Of a stretch of DNA of 64,000 nt, positions 29,557-39,233 are shown piece after piece (the stretch's first letter is position 1; the number at the start of each line of letters is the position of its first letter). Position numbers and translations under genes: made by a program. Location of the stretch: assembly GCA_963665215.2 (NCBI GenBank), contig CAXXWW010000003.1, forward strand, positions 94,526-158,525, written 5' to 3'. This stretch comes from Dehalococcoidia bacterium (GTDB lineage: Bacteria > Chloroflexota > Dehalococcoidia > Lucifugimonadales > CAUZJF01). Below the pieces are notes generated by a model. That model had not been told where the DNA came from. It made no database searches and saw only the letters and a list, made by a program, of their open reading frames with translations.

Positions 29557-30773
29557 TTAGAGTCCATCCCGGCCTCGCAGCAGCCCGCTCCGGAGTTCTG
29601 CGGCAGCCTCTCGCGCCCTCTCGGGATGGTCCTTCAGGTCGAGGTACGCCTGTACCGGGTGGACGCACCGTATTCCCTCGACCTCGCTGGCTCCGTCGAA
29701 GACGCCTTCGTCGTTGGGTATTACCAGCCAGGTGTTGGCGCCCCTTGGTTCTTCCCGGAAGCCGATGTCGGCCAGGAGCGCTTCCGAGGGGATCTCGGAC
29801 AGATATACGGTTGCCAGCCGGAACCCGGCGTGCCGTGTCCACAGCCACGCGGCCGGAAGCGCGGTCACCGCATAGGGTAGTTCCATCTTTGAAAGGGTTT
29901 CGGCCAGCGACCGTGTCAGACCGTCCCCCGAGCCGGACGCGATGTGTCCCCGCAGCACTGTGTGCCGGTCGAACCGGTATTCCTCCTGCCAGGAATCGAG
30001 CAGCAGGTTAGCGTCGGCAACGCGAATACCATCCCTGCCGCGTCGAGGCCAAGAGAGGAGATAGACCGCCCATGAGGAAGGAAAGCACTGAGAGTAGGTC
30101 GGAGTCAACCAACGGACTCCAGCAGCTTGCCCACGATGCGGCTCACATGCCCCTCGTCCAGACCGGTGCTGGACGCGAGGGTGCGCTGCCGGGCCGTTTC
30201 GCTAGGTTCCATCAGCAGCCGCCTGGCTATTCGTGAACCCTTTGGGGCAAAGGCGTTTTCCGGCCGGCACGATGGGCACGCCTGAGACAGATGCGCTGGG
30301 GTTTCGCTGGCCAAGGCTATTTGAATAAAAGATTGGGGTGGAACAGATTGGGGTGGCCAAGGTTTTGATAAAAGACCCGGCGCTATGATTCTGGCATTGC
30401 CGGAAAGGTCCAGCCATGGCAATCTGGCCTGGGCGCAATGCTCCCGCGCCGGTTCCCCCATGTAAGGCACCGCCAGCAGCGGAATCACCCCATCGGGAAA
30501 GCCATCCCTAGCTTCACTCATCTGATGGATTGCCAGGGCCACTTGGTTCAGAGAGCCGGACCGCTTCCATTCCACGGCGAAGGAGTTAGGCCCAACAGAA
30601 AAAACAGCATCCCAGTTCTGGCCATTGACGTAAGGAACGTCAAAGCACCTGTTGACGATATGACCGAGAACCTCAAATATTTCGGCCAGACGATCGGCTA
30701 CCTGACCAACGGCTATGTGTTCATGTGGGACTCGCATACTTGCTTGTATATCATAGCTTGCATGCCTACACAA
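29557..30773 (-). pseudogene. Nuclease-like/HTH/AbiEi-antitoxin-like protein gene, disrupted
   Basis: The N-terminal ORF has a PD-(D/E)xK-like DAVFSVGPNSFAVEWK and an HTH (RTLASSTGLDEGHVSRIVGKLLE). The C-terminal ORF (IRVADANLLLDSWQEEYRFDRH...VHPVQAYLDLKDHPERAREAAAELR) resembles the AbiEi C-terminal domain. The two are out of frame across an IS256-derived insert. Confidence 0.45.
30043..30108 (+). repeat. 66-bp internal fragment of the IS256 element (RBS plus the first 14 transposase codons) embedded in the AbiEi-like gene
   Basis: TCGAGGCC-AAGAGAGGAGATAGACCGCCCATGAGGAAGGAAAGCACTGAGAGTAGGTCGGAGTCAA matches 42337-42403 of IS256 copy C apart from one missing C. Neither IS terminus is present. 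Confidence 0.85.
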
Positions 30774-30776
30774 GTA

Positions 30777-31353
30777 TTATAAATTACGCACATTATGACT
30801 GCTCCGCCAAGGGCTTGTTGAAAAAGTGGGTTCCAACGGAGGGACAGGGTGCCACAAAAAGGTCGCGACGCTCATCATTAGGAATCCAGCAGACCTGGAG
30901 CGTGGAGGCTCTCCGATTGTGGTTGGGCCTCCATAAGTATTTGGGGTTGCCGGAACTCCGACTGCTGCTGCCCTGGGTTTCAATGGAACCGGAGGTTCCG
31001 TGCCTTGGTGCAACCGTCGCACGGCCTTGAGCACGTTGTGGGCCAGGGCGGCCATATATCCCTCGCAGTCCACTCTCCACAATTCGCGCAGGCGGGATTT
31101 GGCCCAGCCCAGTCTGTCCAGAGATGCAAAGGTGCCCTCGGCGACGATACGGCGGCCTTTCTGCTCCCGGCGATAGGCGGCGGTCCGGTTCCGTTCCCTG
31201 GCTCTCAGGTGCAGCGGGTGATACATGGTGAGGCCGATGTATTGGCGCTTTTGTCCTGTAGGGAGGCAATCCACTTTGACCGGGCATGCCCGACAGTCCT
31301 TCTGGCGGGCCGCGTATTGATAAACGCCGTCCCGGTTGTGAATCTTGCCCAGC
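30777..31353 (-). pseudogene. IS1182/IS5-like transposase C-terminal remnant, interrupted by the IS1380-like element
   Basis: The minus strand encodes ..LGKIHNRDGVYQYAARQKDCRACPVKVDCLPTGQKRQYIGLTMYHPLHLRARERNRTAAYRREQKGRRIVAEGTFASLDRLGWAKSRLRELWRVDCEGYMAALAHNVLK.., typical of IS1182-type C-termini. The sequence beyond the IS (33055-33120) is degenerate. Confidence 0.55.
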
Positions 31354-31358
31354 TTAAG

Positions 31359-33049
31359 CCCGAATCCACCGAAAGGCTGAGGTTACAGCAGGGGAATGGG
31401 CGATGAGGGGCAAGGGGAGGCGATGGTCCGGGCACGATTTTGCGTAGAGGGGGCCGGTGTCTGTCTTCAGTCGCCGCGGGGAGACCTTGTGACCGTCTGC
31501 GGACGTTGGGCAGGGCGAGATGGTGGGGAGAGGGCGCAGCAAGAAACCCTCGCGGACCGGGCTGGCGCGAGTTGGCGGGGACCTTCGGTTGTCCGTTGGG
31601 TGGCTCAGGCACCGACGTGCCGTCAGGCAGGGAGTGGAATCGCTCGCAGCCATGCCAGGGCGCGGCTGAACTGGGTTTCCCAGGGCCAATGCTTGGGAAG
31701 ATACAAAGTGAGGCGGCGCGCCAGAGCGAAGAACCGCCGCCGGAGGGTCTTGGTGGTCACGGCCCGTTCGCCCAGACCGATTCGCGCTGTCCAGCGGGCC
31801 AGGTTGTGGGCCATCACCTGTACCGCCAACCAAGCGGCGTTGGCGGCGAAGCGGCCTGAGGGGAGATGGTTCAGCCCGACGCCGTACTTGAGGTCTCGGA
31901 TGGCATTCTCGATCTCGGCGTGGCGGCGATGGTCAGCCTCCAGTTCGAGCATCTCCCCGTCCCGGTCGGTGATGAAGCCGTGATAGCTGTAGGTGGCGAA
32001 GAGGGCCAGTTGGGAACCGGGCGTGGGCTTCACCCGCCGGACGATGAGCCGCACCGGTGCGGCGCCGGGCTCAGTGCGGAAGGGGGTGCAGTTGGTCTCC
32101 GCCACATCGGCGGCGCCGTCCATCCAGTAGGGGATGGGCGTCCAGTCCCTCTCGGGTATCGCCTCGATGAGATTGCGCAGGCTTTTGTGCTGGCGGATGG
32201 TGATGGAGAAGCACACGTCCATCTTGCGGCAGACGGATACCACGCTATGAGTGTGGAAGCCCCTGTCGGCCCGCATCGTGAGTTGCCCCTGGGCCCCGGC
32301 GTAGCGTACCCGCCCCACCGTCTCCCGCAGGAAGTGGGCAGCGCCCCGAGTGGTGTTGGCGCGGCCCTCGCGCAGCCGGGACATCAGCACGTCCCTGGTG
32401 CCGGCGGCGATGGCCAACAGCGGGTGATAGCCCCTCTTGCCGGTATAGCCGTGGTATCGTGCGCCCTCCTTAGCCAGTCCGTAGGTCTCGCAGATGGTGG
32501 AATCGAGGTCGAGGGTGAACGGCGCGTCGCCGGGTCCCGCCCCGGCGGCCCATGCCCGTGCCAGCAACTCCCGGCTCACTCGGTCCAGCTGGCGAACGTG
32601 GCCCCACCGGAAGCTGCGCAGGAAGGTCCCCAGGGTGGATGGCGCCTTGACCATGCCGCCGAGAGCGCAGCCCGTCCCGCCGGCGCGCAGCGCATCGGCG
32701 TCGTCGATGCAGTCGCCGCCCGCCAGCGCAGACGCAACCAGGGTCATCATCTTGTCGCCGGTGTTGGCCCGCCCCGGCGCGCTGCCGAGATCGAGGTGAT
32801 AGTCTACGAGTTCCCCCAGGCCCAGGTGTTGGGCGAGGGTGGCCGGCAGGAGCAGGCCGGCATTGGCCACCAGGCGGTGGTCGTCAAAGACGATGCGAAT
32901 ACGGTCGGGGTGGTTGCGTGGTAGCATCTATACGGGTGCTCCTTTTCCGGGGTCGGTTTCTTGTTGCAAAACCATTATCCCAGATTCAGAGGAGCACCTT
33001 TTCGCCCCTTCAGATGGCCGCTTACACCCACTCGTCCGGTGGATTGGGG
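31359..33049 (-). mobile_element. Diverged IS1380-family element (1691 bp), copy 2
   Basis: Ends CCCGAATCCACCGAAAGG and CCGGTGGATTGGGG. Flanked by TTAAG at 31354-31358 and 33050-33054. Its transposase is about 85% identical to the other copies over the first 100 aa (by eye). Confidence 0.85.
31623..32927 (-). CDS. IS1380-family transposase, diverged paralogue (434 aa)
   Basis: MLPRNHPDRIRIVFDDHRLVANAGLLLPATLAQHLGLGELV...; full-length ORF. Confidence 0.9.
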   Translation of the reverse strand: MLPRNHPDRIRIVFDDHRLVANAGLLLPATLAQHLGLGELVDYHLDLGSAPGRANTGDKMMTLVASALAGGDCIDDADALRAGGTGCALGGMVKAPSTLGTFLRSFRWGHVRQLDRVSRELLARAWAAGAGPGDAPFTLDLDSTICETYGLAKEGARYHGYTGKRGYHPLLAIAAGTRDVLMSRLREGRANTTRGAAHFLRETVGRVRYAGAQGQLTMRADRGFHTHSVVSVCRKMDVCFSITIRQHKSLRNLIEAIPERDWTPIPYWMDGAADVAETNCTPFRTEPGAAPVRLIVRRVKPTPGSQLALFATYSYHGFITDRDGEMLELEADHRRHAEIENAIRDLKYGVGLNHLPSGRFAANAAWLAVQVMAHNLARWTARIGLGERAVTTKTLRRRFFALARRLTLYLPKHWPWETQFSRALAWLRAIPLPA

Positions 33050-33196
33050 TTAAGGTAGCGTCCCATGTGCTAAATGTAGCTGCATTGAACGCAGTCGCCT
33101 ACACCCTCGTTTGGCTCGGCTTGGTACCAACCGGTTATTGAGGTCTAGGCCCGTAAACATACCCTGTTCGCTGTGTTTATCGCGTGCCGGGTTTCG

Positions 33197-36100
33197 TCAA
33201 ATACGGACAACCTCCGGCTCTGTGGCACCGCGTTGGGCTGCTGCATCCACGAACCAATCCACGATCTGCGGGTGGCAGGTGAATACCAGCACTTGATTTG
33301 TCTCAGAGAGTTTGATGAATGATCCAGCGGCCTTGGGTCCCCTGATCGGGTCGAAGTTCACCAATACCTCGTCCACGATCACCGGCAGGCGTTCCGCCCG
33401 CAGGCTCAGCTCAAGGATCAACCCGAACCGAAGCGCTAGGAACAATTGCTCGCGGGTGCCGCGGCTCAGCTCTTGAGGGGTCTTGTCTATGCCAGCAGCG
33501 TCTCTGACCTTTATCTCAGAACTGCCCAGCGGGGAAAAGACGGCCTGGTATGCGCCATTGGTTAAGTCGAGGAAGAAGCGCTCGGCGTGGTGGATCACAT
33601 CCGGCTGCCGCTCCCGCTCGAACTTGCTTTGCGCCTGGCGTATCAGGCTTTCGGCAATCGTGAGGATCGCCCAATCCCGTGCGCGCCCCTGCAACTCTTC
33701 CGCCACTCGATGACGTTCCAACCTCAACCTCGATGAATCTTCCTCGTTGGCGAGGCCATCGAGACGGGTTTGGATAGCCCCACGCTCTGTATCCAATTCA
33801 GACCGTTGCGCATCTGTCTCTTCCAGTTCTGCCTCACATTGCCGCACGCCATCACGGATGGTATGCAAATCGGTCTCGGACAACGCGGTTCGGAGCGCTG
33901 ACAGGGCATCGCCCGGCCCACTGATCCGTTGCATCTGCTCCAGAGCGCTGGAGATTGTTGCGGTCAGAGCGGTCCGTTCCTGGAAAATCTGGTGGCGCCT
34001 GCGGAAGTCGTCAGCGTCCTCTGCCTCTCCGGACTTCAGCAGCGCCGCAATCTCTTCAGTGACCTCTTCTTGGCTCTTCTCCCGCACCTCTAACTCTTGT
34101 TCAGCCTCCTCCAACTCCTTCTCAGCATCGGCGCGTGTGCGAGCCGCTTCTGACACATCGCGATGCAGGTCAATAATGTCGTCGGCTACACCCGCGACCT
34201 TGGCGTAGTCGCTCCACTCGACTTCAAAGCCGTGAGCTCGAGACAGCTGTCGAGCCATGCCGATGAATTCATCGATATCCGTTTGAATGGCGGTAATGCG
34301 ACCCTCCATGCCGATCGCGTCGCGATGGTGAGTCTTCGCCAAGTCCACGAGGGTGCGCAGTTCTTGGATGCCGTCGGGCGAGAACGTGCTCAACAGGCCG
34401 CGTTGCTGAAGCCAGGCCTGCCAGGCTTGTTCCTCAGCCTCCAACGCCACCTGAGCATGCTGGACGGACTGCTGCGCTTCCTCTAGCCGCAGGGTTTGGC
34501 GTTCGACGCGTTCGGTCGATTGGGCCAGTCTCGCTTCCAGTTGTTGCCATTCCCTGAGCCTCGTTTCCGCCGTATCCAGCCCTTCCTCGGCTTCCACCAA
34601 CGCGTCCGCGTCGAGAGCCTCCAAGCCCAATGCATCAGTGTCTGTCTGGAGCCGAGAGCGGATTGCCGCCAACTCCTCATCGGCCTCGCGGATTTGCCGT
34701 TGAACTCGCGCCGCCGCTGGGGATCCCGTGCCTAGGTCTGGCGAACGACCTCTGACGAACCAGAACGCCGCCATCGTGGACAGCACGGCGCCGATTACAG
34801 CCAGGAAGGCGCCGGCTTCGAACGTGGTGGCCGCTACAAGCCAAAGACCAAGCACCAGTAGCGCGACACCCAACCCCCCAACCAGACCGGCTATCAGATG
34901 GAACCCGCCGCCTTTCGGCGTTGCCTCCCCAAAATCTGAACCATCACCGATCTGTTCTCGTAGATCCCTGCTTCGCTCTGCGACGCGGGTCAACTCCCCC
35001 AGGGTATTCCTGGAGTGTCGAATTTGTCGGCGGTGGTCGCGGATAACGCTCTCGTTCAGCTCGGGTGGAGCGGCGCTATCCCGGTCGACCTGCGCCTTTT
35101 CAGCATCCTCTTGGGCATCCGCCAGCGCCGTCTCTTCTTGCGCCAGCGAAGTTCGAGATCCTTGGATTGCGGTCCGGGCGGTCCGAAGGCGCTCGCCATG
35201 TTTGACAACCTCCTCACGGACGACCAGCGAGAGGTCGAAACTATTGAGGCGCTCCGTGTCCCAGTCGGAACCCAAGTTCCCCAGTGAGACACCCAGCTCG
35301 GAGCGTTTGCCGGAGAGTTCTGTCCGTCTCTCAGGTAAATCTTTGACCGACTGGTCGAATGCGCTTCGAGCGCGCTCGAGTTCTCGAACTTTGTTCGAGG
35401 TCTCCAGGATCATCAGGTGCTCGATCTCCTGGTCAGCGCTAGCCTTGATGCGTTTCACCCGTTCATCTGAAGAGGTTAGTTCCCGACGGGCGGTTTCGGC
35501 CCGTGTCTCAAGGGATTCCAGGAGGACGATTCCATTATCTGGAAACTCCTCAACCGCCGGCATTTCCGCCAGTCGTTGCTCCGCATTGATGACGTCGTTC
35601 CAAGGATCCCAAGCGCGGATGAGGTCTTCTTGCCGTTCCTTTTCCGACATGAGTCGCAGGCGCCGCTCGCCCACGCCTTTCAATTCTCCTTCAATCTCGG
35701 TCAGGCGTTCCGATTGGCGACGATATTCCGCCGCAAAACCCGCGATTTTCTGCAAATCCGAATTCGTTCGTTCAATCGCGTTTGCGACTTTAGGAACAAT
35801 CTGGCTGCTGCCCCGTGGAGCAAAAATCTTCCTCCTCTGGCTTTCTAATTCTGCGAGGGCAGCTGGCAGTCTCATCGCTCCGATGCCGGCGCTGTAGATC
35901 TGCAGGTTGACACTGTCGTCATTCAGCAGGCCTTCATTGTTCAACTCATCCAGGGTGAAGGCAAAGAAACTTTCGAATACACTCCTCGAGTGGTTTCCCA
36001 GCAACCTCGGCAACTCATTGCTTGGAATCGCTTCGCCGGCGCTGGAACTGAGCGTAACCAGACCAGATCCCCTGCCCTGGGTACGCTGGATTGTGATCAA

Positions 36101-36343
36101 TTCCTCCGCGTCGGTGGCGATCGTAACCCTTCCGCCGTGCCGACCGCCGTACAAGGGCGGATATGGGTTGCCCCTGCTGCGGCCATCCGGGAACCCGAAT
36201 AGTACCCGACGGATGAATTCAAGCAGGGTGCTCTTGCCAGCCTCGTTGGGCCCGTAGAAAACCGCAACCGGACGCTCCAACGGGCCGAAACTGCGATCGG
36301 TGAAACGCCCGAATCCGTCGATATGCAGCCCAGTGATTCTCAT
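33197..36343 (-). CDS. YhaN/SbcC-like AAA ATPase (Rad50/SMC-type) with a central double-transmembrane hairpin
   Basis: Walker A GPNEAGKST, long Glu/Arg/Leu-rich coiled-coil stretches, signature LSRGTREQ and Walker B LPVIVDEVLVNFD. Hydrophobic FHLIAGLVGGLGVALLVLGLWLVAATTFEAGAFLAVIGAVLSTMAAFWFV is encoded at 34757-34903. No CxxC zinc hook. Confidence 0.85.
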   Translation of the reverse strand: MRITGLHIDGFGRFTDRSFGPLERPVAVFYGPNEAGKSTLLEFIRRVLFGFPDGRSRGNPYPPLYGGRHGGRVTIATDAEELITIQRTQGRGSGLVTLSSSAGEAIPSNELPRLLGNHSRSVFESFFAFTLDELNNEGLLNDDSVNLQIYSAGIGAMRLPAALAELESQRRKIFAPRGSSQIVPKVANAIERTNSDLQKIAGFAAEYRRQSERLTEIEGELKGVGERRLRLMSEKERQEDLIRAWDPWNDVINAEQRLAEMPAVEEFPDNGIVLLESLETRAETARRELTSSDERVKRIKASADQEIEHLMILETSNKVRELERARSAFDQSVKDLPERRTELSGKRSELGVSLGNLGSDWDTERLNSFDLSLVVREEVVKHGERLRTARTAIQGSRTSLAQEETALADAQEDAEKAQVDRDSAAPPELNESVIRDHRRQIRHSRNTLGELTRVAERSRDLREQIGDGSDFGEATPKGGGFHLIAGLVGGLGVALLVLGLWLVAATTFEAGAFLAVIGAVLSTMAAFWFVRGRSPDLGTGSPAAARVQRQIREADEELAAIRSRLQTDTDALGLEALDADALVEAEEGLDTAETRLREWQQLEARLAQSTERVERQTLRLEEAQQSVQHAQVALEAEEQAWQAWLQQRGLLSTFSPDGIQELRTLVDLAKTHHRDAIGMEGRITAIQTDIDEFIGMARQLSRAHGFEVEWSDYAKVAGVADDIIDLHRDVSEAARTRADAEKELEEAEQELEVREKSQEEVTEEIAALLKSGEAEDADDFRRRHQIFQERTALTATISSALEQMQRISGPGDALSALRTALSETDLHTIRDGVRQCEAELEETDAQRSELDTERGAIQTRLDGLANEEDSSRLRLERHRVAEELQGRARDWAILTIAESLIRQAQSKFERERQPDVIHHAERFFLDLTNGAYQAVFSPLGSSEIKVRDAAGIDKTPQELSRGTREQLFLALRFGLILELSLRAERLPVIVDEVLVNFDPIRGPKAAGSFIKLSETNQVLVFTCHPQIVDWFVDAAAQRGATEPEVVRI

Positions 36344-37596
36344 TAGCGGTCTTCCTCGGCGAGCAGGTTCATGGCCAACGTTTCCGCTTCGTCGAGCAGC
36401 GCCGCGATTTCTTCGACGGTGAAAGCGGAAAGATATCGTCTGTATCGCGTGTGTTGGTAGAGGTCAGCAAGCCCATCAAGGAGCGACGTGGGAGATTCCC
36501 TCATCTGATCAGCAGTGCGCAGCACCTCGCCTAGGAAATCCTCGCCGGCCCGCATGGCCTCCCGGTCAATCGGAGCGGCGGTTTGGTCTTCAATTCGTTC
36601 GCACCACGCAAACGGCAGCCGGCCAGCCCAGTGTTCGTTGACGCCCTCCAGGGTGTCGTCCAATGCGTTGGTCTGGCGCAGGAAATGGTTCAACTTGCCT
36701 CGGCCCGTCAGAGTTATGCGGGCGACAACTGACCTGCGCTCTGCACTATCCAGCAAGCCTTGCATTGCATCATCGATCTCGTTGAGCAGGTCCTCTTCAG
36801 TCTCCAACGCGCTGATGTCTATTCTCGCCCGTTCCCATCGCACCGTGTCCGTGGGGCGAAAATCCAGGCTGACGCTGCCGTTCGGATCGACTTCAACCAG
36901 GTAAACGCCCCTGGCGCCGGCCTCGTTGGGGTGTCGCCCTTGCGAATTGCCCGGATACACCACCGTCGGAGTTCGTTCGCGGAGTATCTGGCGCGTGTGG
37001 ACGTGGCCCAACGCCCAGTAGTCGATCCCCGACCGCGCCAGATCATCCAGCGAGCAGGGGGCATACGGCGCGTGGTCAGTGTTGCCGCCGACGTTGGCGT
37101 GCAGCAGGCCGATGGTAAAGGCACGCTCGTCCACCTGCCCAAGACGCGTGACGAGATTCTTGTCCACGTCCCGAGTCGGATAGCTGATCCCGTAAACCAA
37201 CGCGCGATCAGGTTCATCGGGGAAGACGGGCGCCGCTGAGAATTCAGCGCCGAATCGATGGCATCCGGCAGGGTACGACAGCCGCGCTTCCCAGCCGTCC
37301 AGCGGGTCGTGGTTCCCGTGGCATATAAACGACCGTATACCGGCAGCATCCAGCCTGTTCAAACCATCGATGAAGGCACGCTGGGCGCGCAGACTGCGGT
37401 CGGCCCCGTCGTAAATGTCGCCGGCGACGAGCAGGGCATCCACCCGCTCGAAGATACAGAGGTCTACGATCTCTCTGTAGGAATCGAAAGTGGCCGAGTA
37501 AAGTGCCTTGGCCACATTTTCCGGCGCGGCTGCTCTGATACCCATGAACGGACTGTCCAAATGGAGGTCAGCGGCGTGAACAAAACGCAAGGTCAT
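36343..37596 (-). CDS. YhaO/SbcD-like calcineurin-type metallophosphoesterase (DNA repair exonuclease family)
   Basis: Motifs FVHAADLHLD, LLVAGDIYD, CHGNHD and GHVH. The stop overlaps the ATPase start (ATGA at 36343). Confidence 0.85.
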   Translation of the reverse strand: MTLRFVHAADLHLDSPFMGIRAAAPENVAKALYSATFDSYREIVDLCIFERVDALLVAGDIYDGADRSLRAQRAFIDGLNRLDAAGIRSFICHGNHDPLDGWEARLSYPAGCHRFGAEFSAAPVFPDEPDRALVYGISYPTRDVDKNLVTRLGQVDERAFTIGLLHANVGGNTDHAPYAPCSLDDLARSGIDYWALGHVHTRQILRERTPTVVYPGNSQGRHPNEAGARGVYLVEVDPNGSVSLDFRPTDTVRWERARIDISALETEEDLLNEIDDAMQGLLDSAERRSVVARITLTGRGKLNHFLRQTNALDDTLEGVNEHWAGRLPFAWCERIEDQTAAPIDREAMRAGEDFLGEVLRTADQMRESPTSLLDGLADLYQHTRYRRYLSAFTVEEIAALLDEAETLAMNLLAEEDR

Positions 37597-37865
37597 ATTT
37601 GGTAATCATCCCGTTTTCAATTAGTCGGTATCCACGATGAGAGTGGCCAAGCTCAGCACATATCTGGCCCGGGCGGGCTCAGGTTGACCCGCCCCCGGCG
37701 GTTGGACCACTTGCTCCACTAGTCCGATCAGCACCTTGCCTTGCCTCATTTCCTGTACCAAGCACTGTGCGAGTCTTGCGGCTCAGCGGTAACGATTCAG
37801 GGCAGAATCGAAAAGGTCTTCTGGGAAATCTGCTGAATGCCGTAGCATAACAGCAAGCAGCGAAC

Positions 37866-39233
37866 GAGGTTACGTCAATAGGTGTGTAAACGACATCAGG
37901 CGGCGACCTTCTCAGCCGTTGATTCAATGGCGATTCCATCCGCATACTGTGCACCGAGATAGACGTCTTCGATCAACTCAGGGGCCTTCAGACGCCTGAA
38001 GCGCTGTTCGGCGACCATCAACATTTTCCAGATCACCGCTATCGCCCGATCGACCCTCTTGTAGCGCTTGGCGGCATCGGTCCGAAGCCTGAGGGCCGCG
38101 AAGGGTGATTCTACCGGGTTCGTCGTGCGAAGGTGCCCCCAGTGCTCCTTTGGGAAGTCATAGAAGGTGACCATGCGGTCCCAGTCCCGCTCCAAGGCCT
38201 CTGAGGCCGCCTCGTAGGAATGGTCGCCGCACCACCTGGTGAACACCGTCCTGAGCCGCTCAGCCTCTGTCCGAGTCGGCGCGTAGGGGATAGTACGCAG
38301 CATGAGCTTGGCCTGGTCCTGTTGTCGCTTTGGAAGCTTGGCGAGCACGTTTACGATCTTGTGGTTCCAGCAGCGTTGCTCTGCCGCCTGCGGATAGACG
38401 TTGCGCAGAGCTCCCCAGATGCCCAGGTGTCCGTCTCCAACCACCAGCCTCGGGCAGCTCAAGCCCCGGCGCTTGATGTCCCTGAGCACCTCGGGCCAGT
38501 TCTCTGTGGACTCCCTGTATCCGGGAACAGCGCTCACCACCACCTTGCTCCCGTCGCTCAGGGCCGCCATCACCACCAGTACCGCCGCCTTCTCCTTCTC
38601 AAGACCAGCCTTGACGTAGACTCCATCCACCCACATGTAGACCACTTCCAGGTCATCGAGGGGCCGGCTGCGCCATTGGGCAAGCTCATCGTTCCACTTA
38701 TCCTTCAACCGGGCCACCGTGCTCGCCGATACCGGTGCGTCCTCTCCCAGCAGCCCCCGCAAAGCCAGATCGAAGTCGCCTTCGGATAGACCGTGCAGGT
38801 ACAGCTCGGGGATCAACTCAGCAACCTTCCTGGTCCTGTTGACGAACAGCGGCAGCAGCCGGCTCTCGAACTGCTCCTCGGTATCGCGGACTCGCGGCCG
38901 CCTCAGCTGTATCGTTCCCGAACTCAGCGTAAGCCTCCGGGCTCTGCCGTATCCGTTCCGATAGCCGGTATCTGAGTCCGAGTCGGATCTGAGCGCCGAC
39001 TTCGCCCTTCCCAGAAACGCCGTCACCTCCTCCTCCAGCAACTCCTGGATCAGCCTCTGGACCTGGCTTCGCACCCAATCCTCCAACTGCTCCCACTCCG
39101 GCCTTGACTCCGACCTACTCTCAGTGCTTTCCTTCCTCATGGGCGGTCTATCTCCTCTCTTGGGCCTCGAGCCCGTGTTGTTCAGAGAGAGGGTACACCG
39201 CCTGACTGTTTACACACTTTTTGAAGATACCTC
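37866..39233 (-). mobile_element. IS256-family insertion sequence, copy B (1368 bp)
   Basis: Same termini as copy A. Perfect 8-bp target duplication CAGCGAAC at 37858-37865 and 39234-39241. Confidence 0.92.
37896..39140 (-). CDS. IS256-family transposase (414 aa)
   Basis: Differs from copy A by one residue (ENWPEVL versus ENWSEVL). Confidence 0.92.
   Translation of the reverse strand: MRKESTESRSESRPEWEQLEDWVRSQVQRLIQELLEEEVTAFLGRAKSALRSDSDSDTGYRNGYGRARRLTLSSGTIQLRRPRVRDTEEQFESRLLPLFVNRTRKVAELIPELYLHGLSEGDFDLALRGLLGEDAPVSASTVARLKDKWNDELAQWRSRPLDDLEVVYMWVDGVYVKAGLEKEKAAVLVVMAALSDGSKVVVSAVPGYRESTENWPEVLRDIKRRGLSCPRLVVGDGHLGIWGALRNVYPQAAEQRCWNHKIVNVLAKLPKRQQDQAKLMLRTIPYAPTRTEAERLRTVFTRWCGDHSYEAASEALERDWDRMVTFYDFPKEHWGHLRTTNPVESPFAALRLRTDAAKRYKRVDRAIAVIWKMLMVAEQRFRRLKAPELIEDVYLGAQYADGIAIESTAEKVAA

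Noticed and set aside
34728-35897. 389-aa Ser/Arg-rich plus-strand ORF.
   Set aside because: Antisense to the coiled-coil region of the yhaN-like gene. Its low-complexity composition mirrors the Glu/Leu/Arg-rich sense strand.
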